NCBI RefSeq assembly: GCF_009914755.1
Contig: NC_060939.1
Origin: the human T2T-CHM13v2.0 reference genome, Homo sapiens
Length of the DNA stretch: 64,000 nt
Direction: 5' to 3' (one strand)
Made by a program: the position numbers and the translations under genes. Numbering within the stretch: the stretch's first letter is position 1; each line of letters starts with the position of its first letter. A model generated the notes under the pieces. It ran no database searches. It was not told the origin of the DNA and saw nothing but the letters and a program-made list of their open reading frames with translations. Shown here piece after piece: positions 44,201-59,160 of this stretch.

Positions 44201-44974
44201 AGCCTCTGCTCCCTAGGAAACTACAGCCCCATCAGGGAGAAAATACATGAGAATAAGGGGGTCCTGATTGCCAAATCTATCCCCCTAAGGTTTTCCTTTG
44301 TTTTCTTGTACATCAGACATTTTTTCTAATGCATGGTACAAATGGCCTTTCCCCTTTATTGGATGTGTGTATGGTGGTTTGTGTGCCTGGTCCTGCTTTT
44401 ATACTGGGAGCCACAAGAACAGAACTGTCAAACTCAAATACCTACAGAGGCCAGGAGGGTGACCTAAATGAGTGAAGGGTAGAGAAGTGAGCCAGTTGGG
44501 AAGGCATAAGCTCTGTTTAAAGGGATCCCCAACTGCTACTGTGCTCGATTATTTCCCTGTGAACAACCAGATCTTTTGGTTGATTAAAAGGAACCAGTGG
44601 GTAACAGGTACATGGGACTTTTCTGTATTATTTCTTACAATACATGTGGGTCTATAATTATCTCAAAATAAAAAATTTAATTTTAAAGAAAATCAGATAC
44701 CTAGATCATTGTGTGAAATGTCCTGATTTATAAATGTAGGCAAAATCTGAGCATTGTGCAGGTGCAGCAAAACTCATCTATCTGTAAGCCAAATGCAGCC
44801 TTGGGTCCACCATTTTGCTATCTGTGTATAGCTGAATCATTATAATTTGATTTGTATAAAACCCAAGGCAACCCAATCCATGACTTTGCTTTAAAAATAC
44901 TTGCTACTGTGAGTTTCCATTACTTTTGACAGTAGCCATCCCCACTTACCTGTTGAGTTTTCCTCTCATTCCAG

Positions 44975-45101
44975 GTCCTTGGATGTGGCTGTGTTGCCCA
45001 AGCTATTCTCAGTCGAGGACGTTTTGGAGGGGTCATCACTATCAATGTTGGATTTTCAATGGCAGTTGCAATGGCCATTTATGTGGCTGGCGGTGTCTCT
45101 G
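44975..45101 (+). CDS. AQP9: AQP9 coding exon 2
   Basis: ccag|GTCCTTGGATGT...GGTGTCTCTG|gtaagc; VLGCGCVAQAILSRGRFGGVITINVGFSMAVAMAIYVAGGVS. Confidence 0.96.
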
Positions 45102-45913
45102 GTAAGCAGTAGAAATAATGAATGCTGCTCTTAATTCAGCCACTCCAATGTGCCCGCACAGTGCTGGCTGCTTCACATACCTTAATTTACTTATATCTCA
45201 AAAATCCTGCAAGAGTGTGTATTGGATCCCATTTTTATAGATAAAATTAAAATCACCAACCAATGGTAAGTAACTTATTATGCAAAGGCAACATTTAACA
45301 AGAGACAGAAATGGGGGTTAGAGCTCATAAATTATTCATTCCTAAGTCTGGCCGCTGCATCTTATTCTCCACCAGTCAACGGGATTTTTTACTTGCTCTA
45401 GTCCACATTTGGAATCCAACTCCCAGATACCCTGTAAATAGCCCAGTGAAGGTCACTCCAACAGAGGCAAGTCCTGGACCTTTATCTATAGCAAACAGGA
45501 AGAGTCTGGGTCTCTTGCAAAATGGATGGTGCTTTCATGGACGTGCAGATCTGATCTACAAGGTCTTAGTCTAATCCTGCTCTGAAAAGTAAACTGATTA
45601 GAAGCCATTCACATGGTTCTCAAAAGCAAAATGAAATGATAATTTAATGCAGTCTGGGCACTTAGGAAGCGACTGTGGAAATGATCTGGTTACCAAAGAC
45701 ACTCAGAATCTTTCAGCAGCCTGGTGTGGGTCCTCAGAGCATTGAGTCAAGACTTGGTGAGAAGAGAAGAAAGGGAACTGAGAAACCATGCATGCTGAGC
45801 ACTGTGCTAAATGCCAGACTGCCTTTATCTCCCTCTCCTTTACAACAGCACTCTGAGGCGGGTATTACTGTCTCCATTCTACAAAGAAATCCCTCCTGAG
45901 AGGGAGTCAGTAA

Positions 45914-46632
<719 letters not shown>

Positions 46633-46881
46633 AACACATCCCCATTCTTACACAGCATTTACAATGCTCTATTATGAGAAGGGCATTACAAGCAGGTTAG
46701 TTGGGCAGAGGATCCTGCAGTTAAGCTGGCTGGCCTCCTAGCAAACACTGCCTTTGTAGCACTGAAGAACGATTGCTTAGACTCCTTGGGAGCTCCTTGG
46801 GCTGTGCATCCGGAATGGCCATTGACCAGCTGGCACCCTTTCCATATTACAGCCAGACTCAGATCCAAGGGTCGTCCAGGT

Positions 46882-46960
46882 TAAGACAGAGTCCCACTCT
46901 GTTGCCCAGGCTGGACTGTGATGGTGGGATCACAGAACTTTGCAACCTTGACCTCCCAGA
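46882..46960 (-). mobile_element. Short Alu fragment
   Basis: AGACAGAGTCCCACTCTGTTGCCCAGGCTGGA. Confidence 0.65.
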
Positions 46961-48685
46961 TTCCTATATATGTGATTTGTTAGCATGCACAGTGTCTCCA
47001 TTCAAACTTTTGTCCAGCTTTTGCTGTGATCCCAGCACTCTACTGCTTAACTCAAGGCAAACTCCAAGAAGGGCACAAGAAAAACCAGGGGACTGCCCTA
47101 AATATCCCGAGGCTTAACTGCTCCCCCTATAAGCTCCCACTGAGTTCACCAGGTAATGTAGGTGTAGCCATATTTTCAGCCTTTTTTTAGGTAGAGACAT
47201 GGTTTTGGAGTATTTTGCCTGCATAACACCCTGAACTGAACATCATCCAATAGTTACTTAGAATTAATTGGCCCCAGACCCTACCACTGCTGTTAACACC
47301 CTTCACCACTGCAATCCATATCTGTTTCTGTCCATTGATATACCTGGGGATTTCTGCAGTCACTGTAGGAGGAAAAAAGGGAAAGAACCAGCAGGAAGAA
47401 GAAGGAGTGAAGAAAAGGTGTGAAGTCTTCTGTGGCCTCTAAACTGGGGTTGAATCCCTATAGTTACAAGAGTAAGGGCCAAAACTGATGGGACTTCTTT
47501 CAGTAGAAGCTGTTTCTGGGTGAGAGTCAGGACCTGACCAAAATGTTTACAAGCAACTATGAGACCCTAAAATACAAACAGAGTGGTGTCTGAGACTGGC
47601 TGGAAAATAGTAGCACTGGCTTGGAAAGGCAGTCCTTATCTTTCTATCTCTATTTGGAATCTAGCACAGTTCAGGCTCCCTAAGGACTGGTGGCTTTGGG
47701 AACATTTTGGGAACATGCAGCACAACACACTGGCCCATCATGACATCTGTGTGGACAACAGCATCAGTATCAGCTTTGGCAGGTGCAGGAATAGGGGAAG
47801 ATTGTGTGTGGGAGGTGACTTTCTCATCGTGGCTGCAGCTAACATACTGGTTTGTGGGCACATACTGGCTTGTAAGGTCTGCTTGAAGATTCCAAAAGTA
47901 ACCAATTTATACTGAGAATAAATGTGAATGGGATCCTATTTTGTGGTCACCGACTAGTGAGGTCAGCAGATATTTGTCTTTTAAATATAAAACATCACCT
48001 TATTGTAAAGAAGTTACAGCATCCTGCTCCCCTGGGAATGTTCCAGTCAAATCCAGTCAGTCAGAGGTCATAATACCCTAATTATGTAGCATCCTGCACA
48101 AAGCATTTAGGCTGTCTAATGGCAATTGCTATTGATGTAGTATTTTATGACTAAAATAAACTTATTGAAAAAGCAAATAGACTTGCTTTCATTACAAAAT
48201 ATAGGGTTATCTTGATCACAGGATTGTGTATGGGTGGCGAGGAGGAGAGGATTTGCATAGAACAGAACACTGAAGGGGTTCCCTCTGCTCACCTAAGACT
48301 TTCATCTTGTGCCCTGTGGGATCCAGCTGTGCCCGCGGGCCCTTTATGTGAATAATCTGATTGTCCCAGCAACCTCGGCAAAGCCAAGAGTTGAGTGCAG
48401 GACTCTCTGACTCTAGTTCTCATGTTCTTTCCAATACACTGCTCTGCCTTGTCCTTGTGATAAGCCAGGGTGACCACTCATCTCTGCGGGGAGAAATTTC
48501 TAGCAGCCACTTGGCCTCTAACCAGAGGCATCAGGGTGCCACTTGTCCACCTCTCTTTCTGAACCTTTCTGCCTCCTCTCCAGCCCTTTTCCTCATTGCT
48601 TTGCAAAGCACCCTTCCAGACATACCCTCTCTAACCCCCAAACAACTATTTTTCTCTGTAGATCACTGTAGTCTGAGCTATCTAA

Positions 48686-49004
<319 letters not shown>

Positions 49005-49230
49005 TATTTCTTCAGCTTTTATATTGAATACCTACTAAGTGCCTTGCATCATGTGAGACCCAAGGTAAATAATAGTTCCAGCCTCAGGATGCTTAGGAGG
49101 AGCCAACAAACAGAAACCTACTTATGGGAAATTTTATTTTGGAAGACGAAATTGTTAAACAAAGAAATCTCCCATTGGTAGACTAAACTCAAGGGAGTTG
49201 GACTGGAGGTGATCACTTACGGCCCCCTTG

Positions 49231-49688
49231 GTTTTTTGTTGTTGTTGTTGTTGTTTGTTTTTGTCGCCCAGGCTGGAGTGCAGTGGCGCAATCTCTGCTC
49301 ACTGCAACTTCTGCCTCCTGGGTTCAAGCAATTCTCCTGCCTCAGTCTCCTGAGTAGCCAGGATCACAGGTGCGAGCCACCACGCCCAACTAATTTTTTT
49401 TTTTTTTTGAGACGGAGTTTCGCTCATTGCCCAGGCTGGAGTACAGTGGCACCATCTCGGCTCACTGCAACCTCCGCCTCCTGGGTTCAAGCAATTAGCC
49501 TGCCTCAGCCTCCCGAGTAGCTGGGAATGCAGGTGCCTGCCACCACGCCCAGCTAATTTTTTCTATTTTTAGTAGAGACGGCGTTTCACCATGTTGGGCA
49601 GGCTGGTCTCAAACTCCTGACCTTGTGATCCACCCAACTCAGCCTCCCAAAGTGCTGGGATTACAGGCATGAGCCACTGCACCTGGCC
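49231..49688 (-). mobile_element. Three-monomer Alu structure (full AluS plus an extra right arm)
   Basis: Right arm 49231-49393 directly joined to a full Alu at 49394-49688. Confidence 0.85.
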
Positions 49689-50136
49689 CCGCACCCCTTT
49701 TCCTTTCACAATGGCTACCTCCAGGCAGCTGGAGGCAGCTACTCTGCAGCAAGCCTCTGGGAGAAGAGAAACTTCCCACTGCCCTGTGTGCCCCCTCCTC
49801 CCTCCTAACCCCTGTTTCTAGCCTTCCCTGGTAAGGTGTACTGCTAGTCTCCAGAACTGTGGCTTTCCTGGATTTGAAAGGAAAACACAACAGTTGAAGT
49901 GTTTATAAGGCTTTAGGAAATCATCTGTGCTTCAATACACTGGCATTTTCTTGCTCATTGTAGCCACTGAGTGGCAGGGGCAGGTGAAGAAAGGACTCTT
50001 GTGGCTTAGCCAGCAGCCAGAATCCCCCACCCACTGCAAGTCCATTTTGCCCTGGAGACTTGGAAAAAGCATAGCTTTCTCCACAGGGAGTGGTAGAGGC
50101 TTCTGGAAACAAGTGCACCTATTGGTTCTGTGCAGG

Positions 50137-50170
<34 letters not shown>

Positions 50171-50180
50171 CCACCATCAT
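50137..50180. repeat. (ATC)11 microsatellite with CAC tail
   Basis: Perfect ATC repeats at 50137-50169. Confidence 0.95.
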
Positions 50181-50399
50181 CCCTCCTTTGTTTACGACTA
50201 AGGCCACAGCCTGAAAGTCCACATCTCAATGTGGTGTCTCTGATTCCCCCTCCACAAAAAATGTCATCTGTATTCCTCAAATGAACATCTGTTTTCACTA
50301 GGAAGTGAGCCTATATGCTCAGACAATTTTTTTAAATTCTTTATTTATTTTTCTGCCCACAAAAGCAGAGAAGCCTTTATAAACACGGTGAAGATGGGC

Positions 50400-50640
50400 T
50401 GGAAGTGGTATAGCAGAAAACATAGGCTCTAGAATTCAGATAAACCTGAATCTGAATCCTGGTTCTTCCATTTACTGACCATGTAGCCTTAAGAAACTTA
50501 CTTTCCGTCCATGCCTCAGTTTTCTCATCCGTTAACTGGAGTAGTACTCATCTCATTGGGTTCTTAAGAGGATCAAATCCACCTACTAACCCTACAATGG
50601 TGTCTGGTAAGTATTTGATAAATGCTGCTGTTGTTGTTAC
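50400..50640 (+). mobile_element. MIR
   Basis: GAATCCTGGTTCTTCCATTTACT...GCCTCAGTTTTCTCATCCGTTAACTGG core. Confidence 0.7.
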
Positions 50641-51369
50641 TAGCAAAGCCAGCTGGGGATGTTAGAGACCAACCACAGAGCCAACTCTCTATTTGATTTT
50701 ATGGCTGGATGCAAGTCAAGGAAGCCGATTTCTCTAGCTGGAGCTTGGGCTGGGCTCAGGAAAGGGTTGCTACATTTCTGTATAGGAGAGAAATGCATTG
50801 TTTATGCAGAGGAACTGAGAACAAGCCACTCACACTGTGACCACCTCAAAATCAACTATGCCCCCACCCTCAGCAACCCACAGTCATTTTCCTTTAAAGA
50901 TACATCTCTTTTGAGCTAGTTTTTATATCCTCTGGGCATGGCCGGAGGAACTGCTAGATATAGATTTAAATCTTATACATATATTGGATAAGCATATTGA
51001 CTTTTAAAAGATATCGAAGTTAATAGCTACATCAGTCTGTTTGGGGTGATTGCTTTATAGATAGAGGGATTCAAGCCTATTAAAAAAACAGCCACTTGAG
51101 CACATCAAGTTTCTTTTTATACCTGACTCTCTTTTCATCAAGATAAACATTCTAAACTGTTATCCAAGGATGCCATGAAAATGATCATTCCTCCTTCTCT
51201 CCCTGCTCAGATACACACTCTCTCTTTCACGTGCATACACACCCCTCTTTCTCCTCATAGGCAGTAGTTCTCTACCTAGAAGACTGAATTCCACCTGAGG
51301 TCTCTAGATGGTTTTCTGTATATTCTTCTTCCTAACCTGCCCTCTCACTTCTCCAATCTTCCCTTGCAG

Positions 51370-51507
51370 GTGGTCACATCAACCCAGCTGTGTCTTTAGC
51401 AATGTGTCTCTTTGGACGGATGAAATGGTTCAAATTGCCATTTTATGTGGGAGCCCAGTTCTTGGGAGCCTTTGTGGGGGCTGCAACCGTCTTTGGCATT
51501 TACTATG
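51370..51507 (+). CDS. AQP9: AQP9 coding exon 3 (first NPA)
   Basis: gcag|GTGGTCACATCAACCCAGCT (GHINPA)...TACTATG|gtgagt. Confidence 0.97.
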
Positions 51508-52296
51508 GTGAGTAAAGTCCCTGAGTCCTAAGGTTAGGAAGAGCTGGGCATAATTTGAAAGTCAGAATTACTTGGTAGGCACAGGTGAGAAAAAGCAAGG
51601 ACGGGAAGCATTCTACAAGTGACAGCAAGTTCTAAATTTGAGAAAATGAGGCCATATTACCATTCCAGCAAATTCGTGAATCCTGTTAATGAAAATGGTC
51701 ATATCTTAAATGGGGAGCAGAACTTAAAGGAAGCCTGTCTTTGTGCCAAGCCAGCACTGCAACATACACATCCATACAACAAGCAGTAGGCCAGTGGCTT
51801 CCCCACTGCTGTCTCTGATTTGGCTGGGAAAAGAGGTGTTTTCTGGTGACAAAGGTGTGACCAGTAAGTATTGAGAGAAGGACTCTGGGAAGATGTCTTT
51901 GAAGGAAGAGACACAGCAGAGATGTGGGCTGGGTGGGAGCCTCATTGCCCTTCTATCAAACAGCCAGGGCTTCCACTCTGCAACAGTCCTTGGGAAAAAC
52001 ACAGTATTGGTCATAGAAGACCAGACTTTAGCTCTAGCTGTTCAGTAAATACCTGTGCAACTTAAATAAGTCATCTGATCTGACTAGCCTCAGTTTCCTC
52101 CTCTGGAAAATGAGGGAATTGAATCAGATGACTCTCGAGGCCTTTCAAACTAAAACACCTTGGTGTTCCCATGAAATCAACTGTTAAAGCAGCTCCTTCC
52201 TTCTAACCCAAGGTAAGCCTTAATACATTATGACTTACCCAAACTGAAGACCTTAGGAAGTAGAATTTATGAACCAGGCCTTATAGAAATGGGTCA

Positions 52297-52620
<324 letters not shown>

Positions 52621-53219
52621 AATAGGTTATGGAAAGGGACTTTTCCCCATAGAGTGTCTCTCTGAGAATTAGAGTCTAAAAGGGCTAAAATGGAATTCAA
52701 GAACACACAGGAAATTCAGAGCCCGCTGCTGTGGCAAGAATGGCCTGGGGTCAGTGCTAGCTGTGGCAGTGGCTGCAATACCCCTGGCTCTAAGGGCATC
52801 TTCAGTATACTGCAACACCCTCAAATTCTGGAGTGGTATTAGGGGTTACTGAGAGCCCTCTGGGAATTATAAATTATTCCTAGAGCAAGACCAAGCCCCA
52901 CTTTGGCTTTCAGTTGACCTCGAAAACTCCAAGAATTCCCCCAAAAGAGAACTCATTCCCAGGACCCTATCGAAGAATAATTTGTCCAAGTTTGCAGTGG
53001 GCCATTCAGAGAGGCCAAAGGCCTTCTTCCTTTGACCCTCCATCCTGGGATTCACCTGGGCATCTCTAAAACTATCATTCCTCGGAAGTAGAGAGAGACA
53101 AATGACATGGCTATGCCAAGCTCAATCTGAGTGACTGGTTGTTTAGCACAAGGCTTGGCACAGGCCTCCTTCAACTCTTCCCAGGGAACACTAATGTGCC
53201 AGAGCTTTCTCTTTCATAG

Positions 53220-53338
53220 ATGGACTTATGTCCTTTGCTGGTGGAAAACTGCTGATCGTGGGAGAAAATGCAACAGCACACATTTTTGCAACATACCCAG
53301 CTCCGTATCTATCTCTGGCGAACGCATTTGCAGATCAA
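53220..53338 (+). CDS. AQP9: AQP9 coding exon 4
   Basis: catag|ATGGACTTATG...GCAGATCAA|gtaagt; GLMSFAGGKLLIVGENATAHIFATYPAPYLSLANAFADQ. Confidence 0.96.
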
Positions 53339-54532
53339 GTAAGTGTAGATTCAACAAAGACTTAACTTTGGTGAAAAGATATGCTCTCATAAGGGGAATG
53401 CATTGGAGAATTAGAGACCAATCAGAAAGGAGAGATTATATTTCCAAAGGCAGAGGTTGCTGGGCATAACCCAAGCTTTCTTGATAATCGTTTTACCTTT
53501 ACAAGGAGCTGATACCACCAGAAAAGTTTTCTCCTTCCTCTTTAATACATACACTTGTTTAACATTAGTTGAGATCCAGAAAAGAGTGAATGACTAAACA
53601 TTTCAATCCCTGTAGACACAAATGGAGTTCACTTCACTATTGACTCTTTTGAACAAGTGGTCTAAGTGTGGAGGCCACAAGAGAAGATATTTCTATTTCA
53701 AATCAAAGACTGTGAAGGGTGGTAGTTGAGCCTAGGGGATCATCAATCCTCTCTGTCTCACCATGTGCATAGGTTTATTTATTTAAACTCTCAAGGTGGC
53801 CAGAAGTATCTCTGCTTATTGACCTTTAAACAAGCTTCTAGCACCCAAGCATACTGTGGTGTAACCAATAGCACACCTATTTGGTCAGCTTATGGCAGGA
53901 CTAACATTGTCAACTCAAAAGACTCTTCTTCCCTTACTGTGTCCCAAGAAGGCTGCTGGTTATCTTGGTCAGGGCAGTGGAAGGAAGGCTATATTTTTCA
54001 GTATCTCTAAGTTCTTCCTCTATGATCAGGACTTATACAGCAGATCAGAATGGGCATGTGTATCAAATGGATCTTCCAGTTCATCAGCTATGCCCACCTC
54101 CATTCAATGTATGGATGAAAAACTATGCCCTCATGTCCTCAGCTTTTTTACTTTCCACTTTCATCAATAAATCAAACAGGCAACAAGTGTTCATTAAAAA
54201 CTCACTATGTGCTTGGCCCTTTGTCTGGAGCTTGAAAGACTGACGAGTAAATGTGAGTTGTAAAGATCCAAGATGCAGAGTCTGAATGCTTGAATTAAAA
54301 TAGCTGTTCTGCCTCCAACTTCCTGCGTGGCTTCAGCAAAGTACTGAACTTTTTGGGTCGCAAGTTATTCACTTGTAAAATGGGGATAATATGAGCCTTC
54401 ATGAAGTTACTTATGAGGATAAAAAGAATAATATGAGAAAAACGCATTGTAAGCAGTATCTGCCCAGAAATTTTGAATCTAGTTGAAGAGCATTGAACAA
54501 GGAAACAATGCAAAATAAGATATAATTAGACA

Positions 54533-54807
<275 letters not shown>

Positions 54808-54913
54808 TTAGATAGGAAACTGGAGTATAGCGACCATATTATAATAGAAATTTGAAGCAGAGAGCATAGAAGAGCGAGGACAATTTTGGTTATTTTGGTG
54901 TTTTTCTCTAAGC

Positions 54914-55168
<255 letters not shown>

Positions 55169-55829
55169 CTGTATCTTGATCAATGCTGACCTGCATACCA
55201 TATCCTGAGCTTCCTTCATTGTGTCCTTGTCTCAGAGTGAGTTGGCAATTTCTCTAAGGTCTGTGGTTTCTAAGCCCATTATTGTGTATATAGTCAAGTA
55301 GAAAAAGTGAATATTAGAAAACCCTGAGGCTGTAACCGTCAGCAAACCCTGAATGCTGTCCGTATTCTTAGGCTTTGGAGAGAGTTCCAAAAATTGCCAA
55401 TTATCAGTCAGTCAACACCCAACAGAGCTCTTGGCCATCATGACCATATTTTGGGGTCACCTTATTTCAAGATTACTAAATTGTTTAGCTGTAAATACTC
55501 TTCAAGCATATTCCTTGGTTTAGTTAATAATCAATCATTTATTCACCCAATAACTATTTACTGGGCACCTACTTAGCCAAGTACAGCTCTATACTCTTCC
55601 TTCTTCAAGGAGTTCAGAGTCTGAGGCTCAATCTAACAAGTAAGTAGATACTCTTTTGCAGAGTGACAAGGACACTGATAGAAGTAAAGTCAGAATGTCA
55701 TGGAAGCCCAGAGGAGGGAGCTTTTACTCTGCAAGAGAGAGTTGGAGAAGGCATTCCAGAGAAGAGTGCTCTTGGGGGAACATGTGTCTTTTAATATTAA
55801 TTAAAAATTATTTTAACATTATTATTTTG

Positions 55830-56075
55830 GAAAGCAGATGAAATGATAATGAACTTAAACTTTAAAATCAGTTGCCTGGTTCCCATCCTGATTCTTCTGC
55901 TTACAAGTTTGACATTGGACAAGTGTCTTAACCTTGTTTTACTCGAGTTTTCTTATCTATAAACTGAGAATAATAGCAGGATTTACCTCACAGCATTACT
56001 GTGAAGATTTAATGAGATAAAGCATATGAAGTACCTGGCACATAATAAATGTTCAATAAATAATAGCTATCATTT
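55830..56075 (+). mobile_element. MIR
   Basis: GAGTTTTCTTATCTATAAACTGAGAATAATAG...GTGAAGATTTAATGAGATAA...CCTGGCACATAATAAATGTTCAATAAAT. Confidence 0.75.
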
Positions 56076-56205
56076 AACTGTTAAAGTAAAACAGTAGTTT
56101 GGAAAACTAATAACATAGAAACCAGCTATAATTGGCCAATTCAAATACCTATTATCATTTTTGTTTATTGTCTTAAAATTTTTCTTTTACGTATGTTTTT
56201 AAGTA

Positions 56206-56516
56206 GAGTCAACCCTACATATCCATGAATTCTGCATCCATGGATTCAACCAACCATGGATCAAAAATATTTTTAAATTGCATTTGTATTGGACACGTAC
56301 AGACTTTTTTCTTGTCATTATTCCCTAAACAATACCGTATTCACATTATATCAGATATTATAATAATCTAGAGATGATTTAAAGTATACAGGAGGATGTG
56401 CATAGGTTATATACAAATAAAACACAATTTTATATTGGGGACTTGAACATCCATGGATTTTTGGTACTTGCAGGAAGTCCTGGAACCAATCCCCCACAGA
56501 CACCAAGGGACAGCTG
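56206..56516. mobile_element. MER2 (TcMar-Tigger MITE)
   Basis: TA-flanked; TIR-like ends (GAGTCAACCCT.../...AGGGACAGCTG); CCATGGATTCAACCAACC motif. Confidence 0.8.
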
Positions 56517-57423
56517 TATAAAACACAAAACAAAACACAAACACAAACAAAAAAATACAAATTTTTTTCACTTAATGTTATAAGTATTTTTAAATATTAC
56601 TACATAGCTTTTATGTTTATAGTTTTTAATGGCTATACAGTAGACTAAAAAAAGAGTAAAAGCTTCCAGTTTTTCAGTACTATAAATTTTGCTAAAGTGG
56701 ACATTTTAAAATGATTTTTCCACGTTTTAGATTATTTCCATTGTGTAATTCTCAAACATCCAGCAGCATCAAATTGTATAAATAAATTTATGTTTTTGAA
56801 TGCATATTGCTAAATTATTGCTGAATTTCCTTTTAAAAGCATAGTACTTGTTTAGATCTATTAGAAAAGCCTGAAATAACGGGTATCCTTTTCCTAACAT
56901 TTGATATTGTTTGGATTTATTTTATTACTAATGAGTTTTTACCACTGCTTTCCTAATTCTGTTTTCCTTTTTTGAATTTTCTGTTCACTTCCTTTGCACA
57001 CTCATCTATTGATATCTCACATTGCTTTTCTCACCAATTTGAACAAGCCTTTCATTCATTTTTCCAGCCTGCAGCTTGCCGTTCTACTTAGCTGAGTAGT
57101 AGCTTAGCAGGATAGTGTGGTGTTAAGATAACAGTCTCTGGAGCCAAACTCTCTGGATCCAAACCTGACTGCCACCTACTAAGTGGGCAGGGTAACCAAT
57201 CTGTAAATGAGAATTATATTGGCTTCTCCTCTAGAATTGCTGTAGAAAGAAGAGAGACTGGCACAATTATTCACCCAGTACATGCCAGTTATTACTAGGC
57301 ATATTGTAATATAAGTAAAATAGTAATATTGTAATATTGTAAAATAGTAAGAAGGGATGATTTTGAGACATGCAGGTGAGCAGAATGCAGGCTAAAGCCC
57401 TGGCTCAACTTCTCCCTCTCCAG

Positions 57424-57641
57424 GTGGTGGCCACCATGATACTCCTCATAATCGTCTTTGCCATTTTTGACTCCAGAAACTTGGGAGCCCCCAGAGGCCT
57501 AGAGCCCATTGCCATCGGCCTCCTGATTATTGTCATTGCTTCCTCCCTGGGACTGAACAGTGGCTGTGCCATGAACCCAGCTCGAGACCTGAGTCCCAGA
57601 CTTTTCACTGCCTTGGCAGGCTGGGGGTTTGAAGTCTTCAG
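57424..57641 (+). CDS. AQP9: AQP9 coding exon 5 (second NPA, R219)
   Basis: ccag|GTGGTGGCC...GTCTTCAG|gtaagt; GLNSGCAMNPARDLSPR. Confidence 0.97.
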
Positions 57642-57804
57642 GTAAGTAACAGTGGTGGGGAAGAGAGAGACAGAGTCATGCTGCGCCTCACCAGTGGGGC
57701 GGGGCTTTGACATGGAGATCCAGGGAAGTTCAGATGACAGCGCCAACGTTAACTGCACACTCTGGTCATAAGCATGAGACATTTCACTGGTATTTTGTGG
57801 TATG

Positions 57805-57805
<1 letters not shown>

Positions 57806-57842
<37 letters not shown>

Positions 57843-57865
57843 GAGAGAGAGACAGAGAAAGAGAG
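57806..57865. repeat. (TG)16 plus (GA)n compound microsatellite
   Basis: Perfect TG run at 57806-57837 followed by a GA-rich run. Confidence 0.95.
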
Positions 57866-58954
57866 GCGGCTCTAGGTAAATTCAATAGAGATAAAACTGT
57901 CCCACATAATAATAATCCCTCAATTGCTATATGATTTTATGTGAACATTTTAGCTGTATAACTTGTCTGCAGATTCATTGTGTGACAAAGTTGGGCTACA
58001 ATTTGCATCCTATGATGCCACTACAGGGCTCTTCCTCGTGAACCACGCAACCTATGCTGCACTTATTCCACAGATATTTGTTGGGCATTATCTGTGCTTT
58101 AGTCACTGTGCTAAGCAAGGAAATTTCAAATCAGCAAAAGCACTCACCTTGAGCGATATAATAAGTGCTCTGGCAACCCCTAAAAGTGCTGCAGGAACAC
58201 AGATAACGTGTGAGTAACTGCCAGGGAAGCAGGGAAAGACATGACTGCAAATGTGAGAGCTGACTTGGTTCTGGAGATATGAGTAAGAACTTCCGGACAG
58301 GACAGATGTAAGATTGAGCCTCTGCCCCAGAAATGGCAAGACTCCACACTTTCTACTTCAGAATGTGCTGAGGAAATACGCCAACTGTTGGTACCTATCT
58401 TCTAGGACAAAATTTGCCCCTTCACTACTTCCTGGTTTCCCTGCATGCAGTCACAGAGGCGCATCCTCATCCACCCATGGCAACTTCCTATGGGGAAGGA
58501 GCTCACTTTGGTTCATCAGGAAACAGGGCTCTACCATGGAGAAAAGTAGGAAAAACATGTGTGAGCAAATTCTACTTTAATGTTTCCTGTGAGAACAAAG
58601 GACGTGAGTGTTCCCAAATGATGACCTAGACATAGAGTCATCAGGGTTTGGCCTGCATTTCACCAGGGTGAAAAATAAGTTAAAATAACTGGTACCATTG
58701 AGATCACCACCACAGATAGCACTCAGAGCATCTAGAGTGTAAGTGCCATGAGTACCTTGACAGCCTTTTCCCCTGGTATATCCACAGTGCCTAGAACAGG
58801 GTGTAGCTCATAGAAAGGCTCAATAAAAAGGTATTGAATAAAAGAATGAATGAATTCTATGTGACGGACACTTCCTAGGAGTTGAAGGATGCAAAGCAAC
58901 TCAGTCAACATTCCCTGTCCTCAAGAAATTGACAATCCAATAAATTTCCTAGAA

Positions 58955-59160
58955 CAGCAGTTCTCAACCAGAGGTGGGCAACTGTTCCCCAGGGCATTTT
59001 TGGTTGTCACGGCTGGACCTGAGGGAAGGGGCTGCTACTGGCATCTAATGGGTAGACGCCAGGAATGCTGTTAAGCATCCTACAATGCACACGGCACACC
59101 TCCCACAACAAAGAATTATTCAGTCCAAAATGTTAATAGGTTTGTGGTTGAGAAATTCTC
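58955..59160. mobile_element. MER20 (hAT-Charlie)
   Basis: CAGCAGTTCTCAACC...GGTTGAGAAATTCTC with perfect 8-bp TSD TCCTAGAA (58947-58954 / 59161-59168); CATCCTACAATGCACA core. Confidence 0.85.

Noticed and set aside
49927-50284. ORFs with poly-Ile, poly-Met and poly-Ser runs
   Set aside because: Artefacts of the (ATC)n microsatellite
57370-57423. In-frame ATG extension upstream of exon 5, and the similar extension before exon 6 at 62191
   Set aside because: Intronic sequence ahead of canonical polypyrimidine-AG acceptors; the spliced 295-aa model explains these ORFs
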